The notes: generated from the sequence alone by a model not told the origin. Positions 36,112 through 48,231 are shown, counted from the first letter of the whole stretch. The stretch: 63,998 bases of DNA, filler included, from Saprolegnia diclina VS20 (GCF_000281045.1; 7 parts of 2 records of this genome joined end to end with filler, not necessarily neighbours in it), one strand, 5' to 3'. Numbers and translations are program-made.

Positions 36112-37256
36112 GGTGCTCGGGTGGTTCGATTGCGAAAATGGGTTTGCCAAGCTGGCGTTACGATATTTTATAGGGCCCCTACGGGGTCCTACGAAAAGGC
36201 TGCCATGCAAATGGCGTTTCTATGGACGCGCCACCATGTTTCTGGCTCGAGAAGAGAAGCAACCCGCAGGTCGGCCTGCTGTACATAGCCAGCGATACGC
36301 GCAACGATAGCGCCTGCCGAGGAATGACGCACGGGGTGTCTCTTGGACCCTCGAATTTTTACACTTGCGATGCGGGTCTGACTGTCTTCAGTGCGTTGGA
36401 CGATGCTACGATTGAGCGACGTATAGTAGTCTTATCTCGATGCAATACAATTGTACAAAAGTACGTGCAAGGGGCCATCGATCTTGGATTAGCGAAGGCT
36501 CTCTTTGGAAGTCTTTCCCGGGTGCACTGTGGCTTCCACACGACAGGATTCGGTGGGGTGGGGGTGGGGGACCTACCGAAAGAGAAAAACAGCCTGGCCA
36601 TGGTCCACACTGCAGATTCCTTGCAGTTGGGGCGATGGACTCGTCGCATCAAGTCACTTGTTAGGAATCTCATATTGCTTGCGCGTAGCGCGCCATTTCG
36701 CTCGCACGTTGACGCAGGCGCAATCACACGATGCATTGACGGCCGAGACCAGCAAAGGCTCCTCGAAATGCTGTGCCAACGCGAAAGCACCCTGGGATGG
36801 TCGAGGCCGTCTCCAAGCGCCACGTCATGGGGTCTTGTCCGCATCCTCGCGGCGATGGCATCCAGTCTGCATTCGAATCGACATCGTCGAAGGACCTGCA
36901 AGACGAGATGGACCACGCCAAGTTCACACAACAGGACCCTACGACACTGTGGGCGCTCTCGTGCCTAGCGTCATCGCTGCTGACATCAGTATCGACGATT
37001 GCGCTTGCATCATCGTTTTCAAGTGGTCCTCACCGGCGCTTCCGTAGCGACAGTGGGCGCTTGGGTGGAGCTACACTGTGTTGACGTCTTCGATGCGACG
37101 GCCCAAGCGCGGCAAGCCGTCGAGTAGTGGACACACTGTGTTTGGTCCTCACTGAGCTCGACCAGTCGTCTCTCACGGCTCCAGCGCACTGCGCGGAAGC
37201 GACGGGTGCGTGGCTGCGAGGCTTGGATCGTTTTGAGCCACTGCAAACAGATAGGA

Positions 37257-37282
37257 AGATAGATAGATAGATAGATAGATAG
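37257..37282. repeat. (GATA)n microsatellite
   Basis: About six AGAT units. Confidence 0.85.
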
Positions 37283-37539
37283 TGTCGCATTTCTCAGCCG
37301 TAGAGCTCCTGGTTCATCGCGTATTCGGACGAAGCGGCAATGATTGCGTCGACCAGCATCTCTCTTCCAAGCTCCGACTTGCGTGCCCATACGTACGGCC
37401 TACTAGCCTCGTGCGGAGGTTGCTACTGCAATGCATGGTATGGTATCGAAACCTCGGCATCGAGACGACAAGACACAGCGTTGACAAGTCAAACGGTCGT
37501 TGAAATAAGATTAAATACGAGACGAGAAGCACCACGCTT

Positions 37540-38280
37540 CTAATCGCTGTGGGCTTCGTACAGCGCCGTGATCTGCGAGATCGGGCCGCGGCAGACAGGG
37601 CACGTCATGGCGCGGTTGCACCAGTCGTGGAGGCAGTCGCGGTGAAAACAATGGCCGCACGGCAACTTCAGAATCGCACCTGCCACCGCCAAGTCTGCGT
37701 GCTCGAACGCATCGAGGCAGATCGTGCAGTCATCGTCGCCAACGAGGCACGTCGGCGCGGGTTCAAACACCACACGCCGCACGTCTTCTGGCACAGCAAG
37801 AAACGTCGCGAGCGCCTCCTCCATGGCGGTGGCGCCCGACGCCCGGACGTCCGTGTAGAGCGCAAGCAGGTGGCCGACAAAGGCTTCAAACCCCTTGATG
37901 CGCGCCGCAATCACATGCGGCTTTTCCGCGTCCATGTGTTTTTTTGGGAACGGCAAACCCAGTGCCTCCTCCAAGTGCACACTGGCCACCGCGTTCATGT
38001 GGGCCAGCGTCATTGTCCGGAAGGCGAGCATCTCCGAGTAGCGCTTGGCGACGCGCCAAGTGCGGTGCGTAACAGGGCAGGTGAGGCCCATGTCATACTG
38101 CACGTAGTACCCGAAGAAGGTCTGCCCCGACCCGATCGAGACCTCCACGTCGACGGTGGGCACGCTCGCCGACGTGTGCAAGTGGGTGGGCGACGGTGAC
38201 GGCGACGGCAGCGACGAGGCGAGCGACTTGGCCATCGCCAGGAACGGTAGCTCTTCGCACGACGGTGATTTTTGCATCAT
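37540..38280 (-). CDS. PX + RING-H2 protein (putative E3)
   Basis: YDMGLTCPVTHRTWRVAKRYSEM...FPKKH...ARIKGFEAF...FLAVP; CTIC...CGHCFHRDC...CPVCR..ITALY. Confidence 0.9.
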   Translation of the reverse strand: MMQKSPSCEELPFLAMAKSLASSLPSPSPSPTHLHTSASVPTVDVEVSIGSGQTFFGYYVQYDMGLTCPVTHRTWRVAKRYSEMLAFRTMTLAHMNAVASVHLEEALGLPFPKKHMDAEKPHVIAARIKGFEAFVGHLLALYTDVRASGATAMEEALATFLAVPEDVRRVVFEPAPTCLVGDDDCTICLDAFEHADLAVAGAILKLPCGHCFHRDCLHDWCNRAMTCPVCRGPISQITALYEAHSD

Positions 38281-40625
38281 GCTTATACTAGTCGACGAAG
38301 AAGAGGAAGGGAAGAGAGGGCGGCGCGCTGTGCAGAACCAAACCAAACAAAGAATGAGCTCTTCGACGAAGAACGAGATGCGGGAGACAGGGCGATCCGA
38401 GTTGCGACACGGACCCGCTTGATTTCTGTGGATTTAGACGACCCACTACAATCGCGCAAAGTGATTGGCCATTTTTGGCGGGACAAGCACTGTCCCAGCG
38501 AATGTCGATGAAAAAGGCTGGTTTCTTGAACTAAGCGTGCGGTCGACGGCCACTCACGCGCGTTCTCGTGGCAGAGACCGCCACACGGCACCAAGCATGC
38601 CACCACACGGTTCGATGAATGGCCGTCGCGCGTGCGAGAGATGTGGCTGGCGTGGGGACCGGTCGCCAGTCCATCCACTTTCTTTGGTGTCGCTGCTGTT
38701 GTTTCAGGTATGACACTGGTGTGGCGCGGCCGAGGACGGGCAACTGCGCCGATCTTGCGTGCGTGGTACGAACGGCCGTCGGGCAAGAGACTAGGTAGGA
38801 CTACGTTGTTGGTCGAAGCCTTCTAGAAAGGCGAGGTATAGTTGCAGCTCTACTTCACCACCCGCTGTCGCCACAGACCGCAATTCAGCGTCCGAGTCCG
38901 TCGCGTCGATCGAGCGCGGATCGGACCGATACCAACACCAACTGCGTCATTGTTTTCGCTACAAGAGTGTACCTAGGAGTAGCAACCGTAGGTAACGTCA
39001 TCGACCACATCGCTGCATTGTCAGCAGCTGCAGCAGGGTACCCTAAACTGTTTCTGGAGGTGGATTTTCGACTCAGAGCGTGTAGTGCTTGGCATCATCA
39101 GCGGTGAGGCGTACCAGTAGCCATGTTGAAGGCGAGGCGTATGGAGGGCGCAAACCGGGACGAGGTGGTCACGAAGCCCGGCGTCGTGGCGCAGGGCGTG
39201 CATCACTTGGAAGAGACTCATCGCTTGGGTACTTAGCGGTAAGTGATGAAGATCATGGTATTGATTGAGCCATGTGAAGATGCAGCTAGTTTCCAGCGAT
39301 GCGCTCGTGAAACCAAGTGCATCTCGGTGGCTCTAGCCCCTCTGGCGTGAAGGGCTTGACGCCGAGCGACGCCTCGCCATGATAGCCCTGTTACTAAATA
39401 TCTATGGAACCTTGTGCATCAGCGGTAGGATATGGCACAAACACGCTGCGGATACCCGTTGCGGCTCAGCCTGGTCAAGGAAAAGGTAGTTGTAGGACTT
39501 TGTTGATGGGCGTTTTGCTGGCCTCGGGCGACACCACATACCTTGTCCGTGTCGTTGAACGCTGCCGTGCTTGTAGTACCTCGAGCAAAGCGATGCAATT
39601 GCACGCGTTATTTCCACCGTCGACGCCGCGCCTTATCAGCAGCCAACGTGAGGTGGGTACGAGGAACGCTGGACGATTCAAGACCAGTCGACGATATCGG
39701 ATGCCACAGGGCTCGGGCGCACCGACCCCGGCACGCACCATCGTTCGCAGGCTCGCCCACGCGCTACGCAAATGTATGACCTTTTGTGCAAATCCAACGG
39801 CAGGTTTATCGCTTGCAGTCCACGGTACTTTTTAATTGCTGTACTATCTCAGACGGTCACACTGCAATCTCACGTTGCGACAAGACTGTCGTTGCACGGA
39901 GCAGCACAATGTGTGTTGCTTGGCCCAATGCGACGCTGCACTTTGCTTGCACACCATCCCAGCGACTTGGACTAGTCTAGTGTGCTCGCGAGCTGCTACC
40001 TCGTACGATCGACGTGGTGGCAAGGAAGTAGACAATAGATCCAATCTGGAATAACTCATTTCAACAACAGATCCATTCTGGCCACGCCGAGGTAGGCTGC
40101 ATAGCGTCTGTTCATCCCCCTGTACCAGGTAGCCCAAAGTCAATCAAATACCAAGGACTTGGTTGCCAATGGCACATGTCTTACCTCCCGAGAGGTGGAC
40201 CCTACTGCGGTAGAGTTCTCGCCGTCGCTTCAACAAGGCGCTGCCCGGACGGGCGAGAGATGGAACGAGCCGATCGCGAACACTGCTCATCTCTGCAGTT
40301 TGGGACGAGCCCTAGCAGCCCTAGTACCTATATAAATATATATATACCTTGTCGCTACTTATCGACGATGTGGTCCATTTCGCAGCTTACGGCGGACTGC
40401 AAGCGTGAGCTTGCACTTGCCCTCAACGTCGCGCGGTGTGGCGCAAACATGCCCGCGATTGGTCGAAAACCAGCCAATCAACGCGCGTGGCATGGCTGTC
40501 CGGATACACATCCGGATACCTCGGCAAGTCGCATCATGCACCACAAAACCCGGCAACCTCTCAAACTGAATATCAATTGTGAATGGAAATTGCGTTGACT
40601 TTGGATTAGCGGCAATCGATCGACG

Positions 40626-41636
40626 ATGAACCACCTCCTTGCGCGTGGCCTCCGCGCCCTTCCGCTTCGCCGCATGGCGACGACCACCCGGTCGGCCTCG
40701 AGCATCGGCGACGTCCTTGATGGCGCCGTGGCGAACCTGCCCCACCGCGAAGCGCTCCGCGTCTTCTCGAGCGGCGAGCGCGACGCCGACCTCCGCATGA
40801 GTTATGTCGAGCTCAACAAGTACGTCGACGAGCTCGCGAGCGGCTTCATCGACCTGCAGCTCAAGCACGGCGACACGATTGCGCTCTGGCTGCCCAACAA
40901 CCTCGAGCACGTGCTTGCGCAGTTTGCCGCGGCCAAGGTCGGCTTGACGGTCGCGTCGATCGACCGCTCGATTGCGACCGCGGACGAGCTCGCGTATGTG
41001 CTCAAGGACTCGAAGGCAACTGCGCTCATGTACGAGAACAAGATTGAGCGCCGCGACCATGCGTCTGTCGCGCTCAAGGTCTACGAGGAGCAGGACCGCA
41101 AGAGCCCGCTGCACACGCTCATCACGACGTCGATCGACCCGACCGACGGCGTCTTGCAGTTCCAGCACATCCTTGTGAACGCGCTCGAGCGCCACGTCGT
41201 TGCCGGCCGCCGCAGCCAGGTCGACGCCACGACCGCCGCCGTCATTCCGTACACGAGTACGCTTCATCTCGACCATTTGCATGCAAGCCGCTCAATGGTC
41301 TTACGTAGGCAACAATGGCCAGCAGCCGACGCGTGGCACGCTCCTCACGCACGGCGACATCCTCAAGATGGCCCAAGAGTTGGCGTCTTCGTACGTGCCA
41401 TCTTGGCATGCATCTGTCAACACTCATGATGCTGGCAACCCCGTAGGCTCAAGCTGACGTCGAACGACAAGGTCGCCATGTCCGAGGTCCCGGCCGGCTT
41501 CCTCGTCGCGTCGGTCGCGGCCGCCTTGAAGAACGCGCAGGTAATTGTCGCGTCCGTCGACCGCATGGAGCACGCCCTCAAGGTCGAGAAGGCCAACGTC
41601 ATTGGCAACACGGACGGCCACTTCACGCGCGCGTAA
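40626..41636 (+). CDS. Short AMP-binding (acyl-CoA synthetase-like) N-domain protein with mitochondrial presequence; introns 41257-41308 and 41391-41446
   Basis: Arg/Leu-rich presequence; MSYVEL...LASGF..L.LKHGDTIALWLPN..EH...FAAAKVG...ELAYVLKDS; spliced degenerate P-loop YTSNNGQQPTRG; stop at 41636 after about 300 aa. Confidence 0.8.
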
Positions 41637-41660
41637 ACTGCATGTAGATGATTGCTAACA

Positions 41661-41911
41661 ATGAAACTTACAGCCGTCTTCTCGTCGTCTCCTGGCCGAG
41701 CGCTCTTGCGCACGCTGCGCTGGGAGTCCATCTCGGCCGTGAGTCTCTACTTTGCCTCGACGTTTCTCTCGTTGCTGCAGTCGATCCTAATCAAGTCGAT
41801 TCTGCAAGTCCTCACGGGCGACGTCGGCCGTTGGTATTGCGTCGGGCTACGTGCTCGCCGTCCTACTCACACTCGTGACGCTTCTCTCGGTCACCGCGAT
41901 CGACTATGGTC
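41661..41911 (+). pseudogene. Probable ABCC/MRP-type transporter TMD fragment, frameshifted
   Basis: LLQSILIKSILQVL, then in another frame GIASGYVLAVLLTLVTLLSVTAIDYG; resembles first TM helices of ABCC transporters (recognition by memory only). Confidence 0.4.
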
Positions 41912-42223
41912 TCGACCGGTCGCCCACGACGCGAGGACCGGACGACCAGAGCGGCCAAGGCCATGGGCGACAGACCGACCCAAGTGCGACCGACTGACGT
42001 GCCTCCCAACACCCGGCGTTGGCTTGGCGTGCTCGCTGTCTTGTGGCGGCGGGTGGCCACAATCTTGCCCGACTCCTTCCACCAAGATACACCGCCATCG
42101 CCGCGCGCGTGCTCCTGTCCGNNNNNNNNNNNNNNNNNNNNNNNNNNNNNNNNNNNNNNNNNNNNTTAATTAATTAANNNNNNNNNNNNNNNNNNNNNNN
42201 NNNNNNNNNNNNNNNNNNNNNTG

Positions 42224-42559
42224 GCTTTTCAGAGCGCGCTGGACGCGTACTTGCCGTCGTTCCTCGGGTCCCGTCGCGCGGCCGAGCACTATTTGCTGCT
42301 GCTGGTTCAATTCCAGTTTCCAGTCGAGCCGCTACCGAGTCCTGCTGCACGCTTGGCGATGCGCGCCGAGCTCGTGTCGGCATTTGCGCACCTTGCCCAC
42401 GCGGTGCTCACCGCGCTGACGACGCTGGACCCGGTAGACAACGACGACGATATGGACGCGCTGGTTGATGAGCTCCGAAACTTTCTGCAGGTCCCGACCG
42501 AGCTCGTGGGCGTCGACCACCAGTTGCCCATGGCGTGTGGTGAAGCAACCCATTGCTAG
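42224..42559 (+). CDS. PX-like paralog 3' part lacking RING (5' end in gap)
   Basis: AFQSALDAY...FP...RAELVSAF...LRNFLQVP parallels the AFRTAL...FP...ER..AF...FLEVP region of the PX-RING genes; stops before any RING. Confidence 0.55.
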   Translation, partial: AFQSALDAYLPSFLGSRRAAEHYLLLLVQFQFPVEPLPSPAARLAMRAELVSAFAHLAHAVLTALTTLDPVDNDDDMDALVDELRNFLQVPTELVGVDHQLPMACGEATHC

Positions 42560-43388
42560 CTCTAGCCAATCGAGTCGTCCATCGCACCTCGAGTCTTGCC
42601 AAGGAAGCAGGTTGAAGTGCCGATTTGAGTGTAAAAATGTATGTTGTACGACCATCTTTGAATATACTCGAGCAGACGTTCGGTCCACGTCGCGCGCTGG
42701 AAAAGCCATGGCCAATGGCCCGACTCGAGCCGTTTTTGGATCGGCTCAGACTTGAGGTTTGGAGCCGGCTCCAAGTCGAGTCGAGCCACGGGGACCCCAC
42801 TCCTCCGCTCCATGGGCTTGTCTAGTGTTCATTTGGTTTGACGAGGTGGCACTCCAAGAGATTAAGCCCTGATGCCTAGTTGTCTAATGTAATCTACAAA
42901 CTGTCGTCGTTCAGCCATCGCTCGCCACTGCTCCGCGGGTGGCTGATCATCGCGGGCGCCCCTCCACTTTTGCTTGGCGGTTGAAGCAGGATTGGCTATC
43001 CGGATAGACAGGGTCAGGATTGGTGCGTTTCATACGGGACGTTAAAATCCGGATATCTTAAATCCAGAAGGCGCCGAAACAGCCCTTGCAACGAGCCTCG
43101 CCAAAGTGTCCATTCAACGCATTTGTAGATACACTGTACTACAGTCCATTGGACTAAAGGAATACTACACTATAGGGCTATAGTACTACAGGACTAGAAC
43201 AGCTCTGGGGAATCGTAGCGATTCTGCCGAGTTACGGCGAACGAACCAAACGAGAAACGAAATGCCTGAATGCAAAGATATATAACCCTCGGTGGGCGAG
43301 TGGCTGGCTACGAAAGCAGTTGAACGGCCGTTCAAAATAGCTGCCAAGGAGTTACGTCGCTCAATTAGTATTCTTGATTTGCATCAAT

Positions 43389-43757
43389 ATGCGGACGGCG
43401 ACAATCGGGCTCCTCCTCGCGGCCGTGACTGCGCTGCGTCCAACGACGCTCGATGGCACGCTCGGGCTACCGTGTATCGACAACAAGTGCAAGGACGGCA
43501 GTCTCTGCTACCACGAGAGCGCACCGTCGCGCGGCCTCTGCTCGACGTACGTGGAGCGCGGGGCGGCGTGCGAGGCGCCCGGCATCCTCTGTGCGTGGCC
43601 ATCCACTTGCACCGACAAGATCTGCGTTGTACCCAGCGACCTCTCGGGCTTTGAGGGTTCGCGGTGCCACCGCGGTGCCTGCTACGACGGCTCGACGTGC
43701 GTCGCTGCAAGCGCGACCAACAACGACAGCGTTGCGGCGCGCTGCCGGCGGCTATAG
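43389..43757 (+). CDS. Small secreted Cys-rich protein (122 aa, 12 Cys)
   Basis: Signal peptide MRTATIGLLLAAVTA; three G-x2-C-x4/6-C-x5-C-xn-C modules. Confidence 0.8.
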   Translation: MRTATIGLLLAAVTALRPTTLDGTLGLPCIDNKCKDGSLCYHESAPSRGLCSTYVERGAACEAPGILCAWPSTCTDKICVVPSDLSGFEGSRCHRGACYDGSTCVAASATNNDSVAARCRRL

Positions 43758-44528
43758 CGAGGGTGAGACCGATAGATTGAATTTGCGTACACTATTCTAC
43801 ATACGACCTACTACAACAACAACGAATCACCTACGACACCAACAACTAAATGACTGGTGCGTGTTGGCATCGAGGTAGGAGCTAGCAGCACCGCATTCCG
43901 CATTCATCGTGGCGTTCAGTTTGCAGAGCACGATCGCAAGGGCGTCAACACCCTTGGCAACCATGTAGCTCCACCAAACATGGCTCGCAGCCTTGTGGTC
44001 GTGGATTCCAAGGGCACTAATCTTTCGGTGATTGGCCATATTCGCCGGAGTAGACAGCATCCCAACCACAACCCTTGGCCACAGCGTCGTAGGCATCCAG
44101 CTCATGCGTCGATCAAGCATCAGCGCTCGAGTTGTCCTTCTGACACGGCGCCAGGAGCTAGCTAGTCCACTGGAAATAAGATCTTAGCGTCAATATTCGA
44201 TGCGCGAGAGCGTTGGCCTTGTTTTTGTAGCCATTGCACGGGCTGGTCCATGGACCAGCTACCATCAAATTCGCGACTCGCAGCTCGGTACGAGTCGGGT
44301 AGAGTTGCTCGACTAGGTAATAGTAAATCGAATATATTGATCAACACGGCGTCTGCGCGAGCACAATTTGGGAGGCGTCACTGCTCGCGACGAGCACGAC
44401 CAGATCTTGCCGCGACACGTCTGCGACGAGGTGCATCCGTGCACAGTACGGCGCACGTGTAGTACGATGACGAACGTCGGTACAAGTGCATTCTGGCTCG
44501 ATTGGCATAAGCGCATCCAGCTAAGGTA

Positions 44529-45227
44529 TTATAAATAGAGGCCCGAGACACGCTCGGTCGCGGCTCGACAGAGCGGGCAGCAATGCATGTCGGTGAGCCA
44601 GTCGAGGACGCACTCGCGGTGAAAGCAGTGCGTGCATGGAAGCTTGACGACGCAGCAAATCTCTTTGAGGTCGCCGGGTTGGAACTCGTCGAGGCAGATT
44701 GAGCACGGGTCGTGCGACAACATGGGCCACTCGGCGCGCTGGAATTGCATCTCGCGCAGACTCTCGGGCATGTCGAGAAAGCCTTCAAGACGACCATACG
44801 TCCGCAGAAAGCGCTCGGACGGCGCGGTTTGCGTCTGGTCGCACTCGAGCAGGTACATGCAGCACTCGGCGCGGAAGACCATGAGCGCCCACGCAAACTG
44901 CTTGAGGAGGCGCGCGCGCTTGGCGACGACCGAGGGCTGCGTGCAGTGCATCTCGCGCTTTGGAAACGGCACGTCGAGGAGCCGTCGTAGCGGCCGCGCC
45001 ATGGCCGATGTCGGCGTCGCGCTGCTCGCCCACTGCTCGAGCATGTGTCGCAAGCGGTAAAAGTCCGAGAAGCGCTTCTCGAGCGTCCACCAGCGCTGCG
45101 TGATGGGGCACGCAACCTCGATGCGGTAGATGGCAAAGGACCGCCACGTCTTAAGCACGAGCTCGGTCTCGACCTCGGCCTCGGCGAACGCGTCGGTCGG
45201 GACTTGCAGGCGCCCAGAGGTTGCCAT
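44529..45227 (-). CDS. PX + RING-H2 protein (putative E3)
   Basis: YRIEVACPITQRWWTLEKRFSDFYRLR...FPKR...KRARLLKQF...FLDMP; CSIC...CTHCFHREC...CPLCR..VSGLY. Confidence 0.9.
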   Translation of the reverse strand: MATSGRLQVPTDAFAEAEVETELVLKTWRSFAIYRIEVACPITQRWWTLEKRFSDFYRLRHMLEQWASSATPTSAMARPLRRLLDVPFPKREMHCTQPSVVAKRARLLKQFAWALMVFRAECCMYLLECDQTQTAPSERFLRTYGRLEGFLDMPESLREMQFQRAEWPMLSHDPCSICLDEFQPGDLKEICCVVKLPCTHCFHRECVLDWLTDMHCCPLCRAATERVSGLYL

Positions 45228-46514
45228 CGCGAGGGTGTTCGGGTGATGCGAGGCTGGATCAGTCGCAAACAATTTCGCCGCGTTTGATTGGTCGGTGCCA
45301 TTTTTATTGCACGTGCACTGGCTGTCAGTATCTCACAATAAAACATCCGATTAAATTACGCAACGGCGGAGATCGTCATATCTTCGAAAGCGGAGGATCG
45401 CCAGCAGCATCGATCGACGTTGGCAGAGATCACTCCATGAGCAACGCCGACCAGCGTTTATGGCTGCAAAGGATACATATCCGAGGGGTTACCGGCACAT
45501 AGACCATGCCACCGCCGGAACAACGCAACACATTGCGCAATAAGATCAAAGATGGAGGTGTATCCAAAACGACGGGGATCCAGCGTCCGAGGAAGCGGCA
45601 CCTCGTGGTCTCCGCCCAACGCCACGTGTGATGGAACAACTAACGCGAATGGGGTTGATGTCTCGACAAACGACCACCAGTGGCGAGAGATAGCCGGTGG
45701 TCACCACCAACCACCAGTCCCACCGAGCTAAAAAAGAACGGACGCTTCGCATCGACTGAACATGATGGCACAAGAACCAATCAAGACGATGCTGCAGGCA
45801 AAAATGAGAGACCTGCACGCTTGCCTCGGGTCCCTTGAACGACATGCAGGACACAGCGTCAACGCGATTTGGTTTTGAGCTGGTGCCCCGATCAACCTCG
45901 GCACGCGATTGTTCGCGCAGCCAGCTCGCAGCGTGGCCAAAGAAGATCTTTCACGCCGGCGTTGATCGGTTGTCGCGAGCAGGATACACCATTCCTACGA
46001 CGCCTTCAAGCGCCCAACGGCAAGCACGAGACCGCCCATCGCCTTCTCTAGACATCCATCATCCCCAGAACAACGTCGATTCTGGTTTCCAAAAGTCGGC
46101 GAGAAGGAATAAGCGAGGGTCGGTCCAGACTCGGCTCTGTTGGGGTGTTTTCTGGGGCAGCCGCGATCCCTGTCTACGCCAAGCATGCGAAATCACGGGC
46201 GTCGCGCCACGTCCATTGCGCGCGACGGCCATCCGCGTGGCCAATGAGCAAGTCGACCCCGAGTGGGATTGTCAACGGACCTGGGTCAGGAATTGGCGCG
46301 CACTCTTCTGCCTCGTGAGTCACGCCTTTTTTGCTACGTAAACCCGGGTGGTCGCCCCGTCGCAGCTACAAAGCGCACCGAATATGGGTACAAAGCGGTG
46401 CGTTTTTGGCGTGTCAGAGTAAAACAGGTGCGTCTTTGTGCATCCGCGGACCTTTTTGCAAAACAGAATCGGCGCTCACTTTGCACTTTGCTCACTTTGC
46501 AGTTGGCGCCGACC

Positions 46515-48231
46515 ATGTCGATTGCGACCGCCATCTCGGTGCTCATCGCAGCCTTTGTCATCGCTGGCGCGCTCCTCGATGTCGAGTTCAACCAGACAAG
46601 CAAGCGCCTCTTCCCGCGCAGTTTTCGGTACTTCCAAGCCTCTCGGCAGGCAGATATCTTATTGCATCTTATTAGGTGGCGCCGCCTCGCCAATTGGTTT
46701 CCCCTCGGTATCGCGTATGCTGCCTTTTACATGGCTCGCTACAATGTACCCTCGCGCCTACTCGTATTTGAGGTGGTCACACGAGATGACTAGATTGCAG
46801 CGGGCAACATCGAGTCGATTCGTTCGCAGCTGCACATGACGGCGACGGACATGGGCTGGTACCGTCCATTCTTTGCCGACATTTGTGCTGATGATGCGGC
46901 GGGGTGTAGGATCATTTCGTCCGGGTCGTGGGCGTATGCCATCAGTGCGCCGCTGACCGGTGCGATCACGGACCGCCTCGGTGGGCAGCAAGGGATGCTC
47001 ATTGCGTGCGTCGGTGCGGGCCTCTGCAACTTGGTGCTCGCGGTGCTTTTTTCGCGCAATACGTTTACGCAGTTTGAGTTTATGTTCTTCTACGCCTCGA
47101 ACGTGCTCTTCCAAGGCTTTGGTACGAGCGCCGTTGTCAAGATCAACGCCATGTGGTATGCGCCGAGCGAACGCGGCCTCTTCTCGGGTACGTGTCATCT
47201 TGGAGGTTTGTACGAGAGTTGTTCACAGTTTGCTAGGGATTTTCAACATTTTGATTGTGAGCGGGTACTACCTCGCGCTCGGGTCGGGCGACTACATTGT
47301 CTCGAACCTCGGGTGGCCGTACCTCTTTTACATCCCGAGCAGCATCATGCTTGCGATGAGCGTCTTTATCCTCTTCTTCATCCGCAACACGCCGCCGACC
47401 GACGCGGTCGTCGTTCAAGTCCCCGCGCCCTTGTGCCAAAAGCACCAGTCGGGCTTTGCGCGTCTTCTCCAGAACAAGACCGTGTGGGGCTACCTCGGCG
47501 CCGTCTTTTGCCTCTCGTGGGCCCGCGACGGCCTCCTCAACTGGATGTACTCGTACTTTGATGCGGTCCGTGTGGCGCCGTTGTCGCCGAGTGATCATGC
47601 GCTCCTTGGTGGCGCGTGGACGCTCGGTGGCTTTGTCGGCGGTGTCCTCTGTGGCTGGATCTCGGACCACATCTTCCGCGGCCAACGCATGCCACCCATC
47701 GTGCTCTTCTCAGCCATGCAAGGCATCCTCTTTGTCGCGCTCTATGTCTTTGGCCCGACCGTCTCGATTGAGGTGCTCGCCATGATCCTCTTTTGCGTCA
47801 GCGTCTTCCTCCTTGGCAACTACACGCTGCTCAGTTACACGGTGCCGACGGACCTTCCCGTGGACATTGCGGCGAGCGCGGCAGGCCTCTTTACGGCCGT
47901 TGGCTACTTTGCGACCGGCCTCTCGGGCGTCGTTATGGGCTCGTTCATCACACAGTACGGCTACACGTTTTGGATTGTGTCACTCACGCTCACGTCGTGC
48001 GCGACGGCACTTTGCACGATCCTCGGGTCGCGCTGGGCCCAATCGGAAGAGCTCAAGGAGGCAGCGATCCACGAAGCGACACCGCTCTCGGTCAAGCAGA
48101 GCCGGACGCGCTCGTACCGCGCGTCGCTGGTCCGTATCGAAGCCGAGTTCTTTGCCGTGCCCACCGAAGACGTCGAGGAGAATGATGAGAAGCACGCGAG
48201 TGACGACGATGTGCACGAAGGCACGGTCTAA
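46515..48231 (+). CDS. MFS transporter, organophosphate:Pi antiporter (GlpT/SLC37-like); 4 short introns
   Basis: YAAFYMARYN, GAITDRLGG, FQGFG...WYAPSERG..SG.FN, WARDGLLNW, GWISDHIFRGQR; about 12 TM segments; GTAC..AG introns; Inr-like GCTCACTTTGCA upstream. Confidence 0.9.

Noticed and set aside
33900..37100. Intergenic ORFs between PX-RING genes as transposase remnants
   Set aside because: No transposase, RT or integrase motifs recognisable.
43130..43200. Cluster of short palindromes (ACTGTACTACAGT, AGTCCATTGGACT)
   Set aside because: Arms are only 5-6 bp, and TAGTAC/TACAGT-like words are common in intergenic DNA throughout the window.
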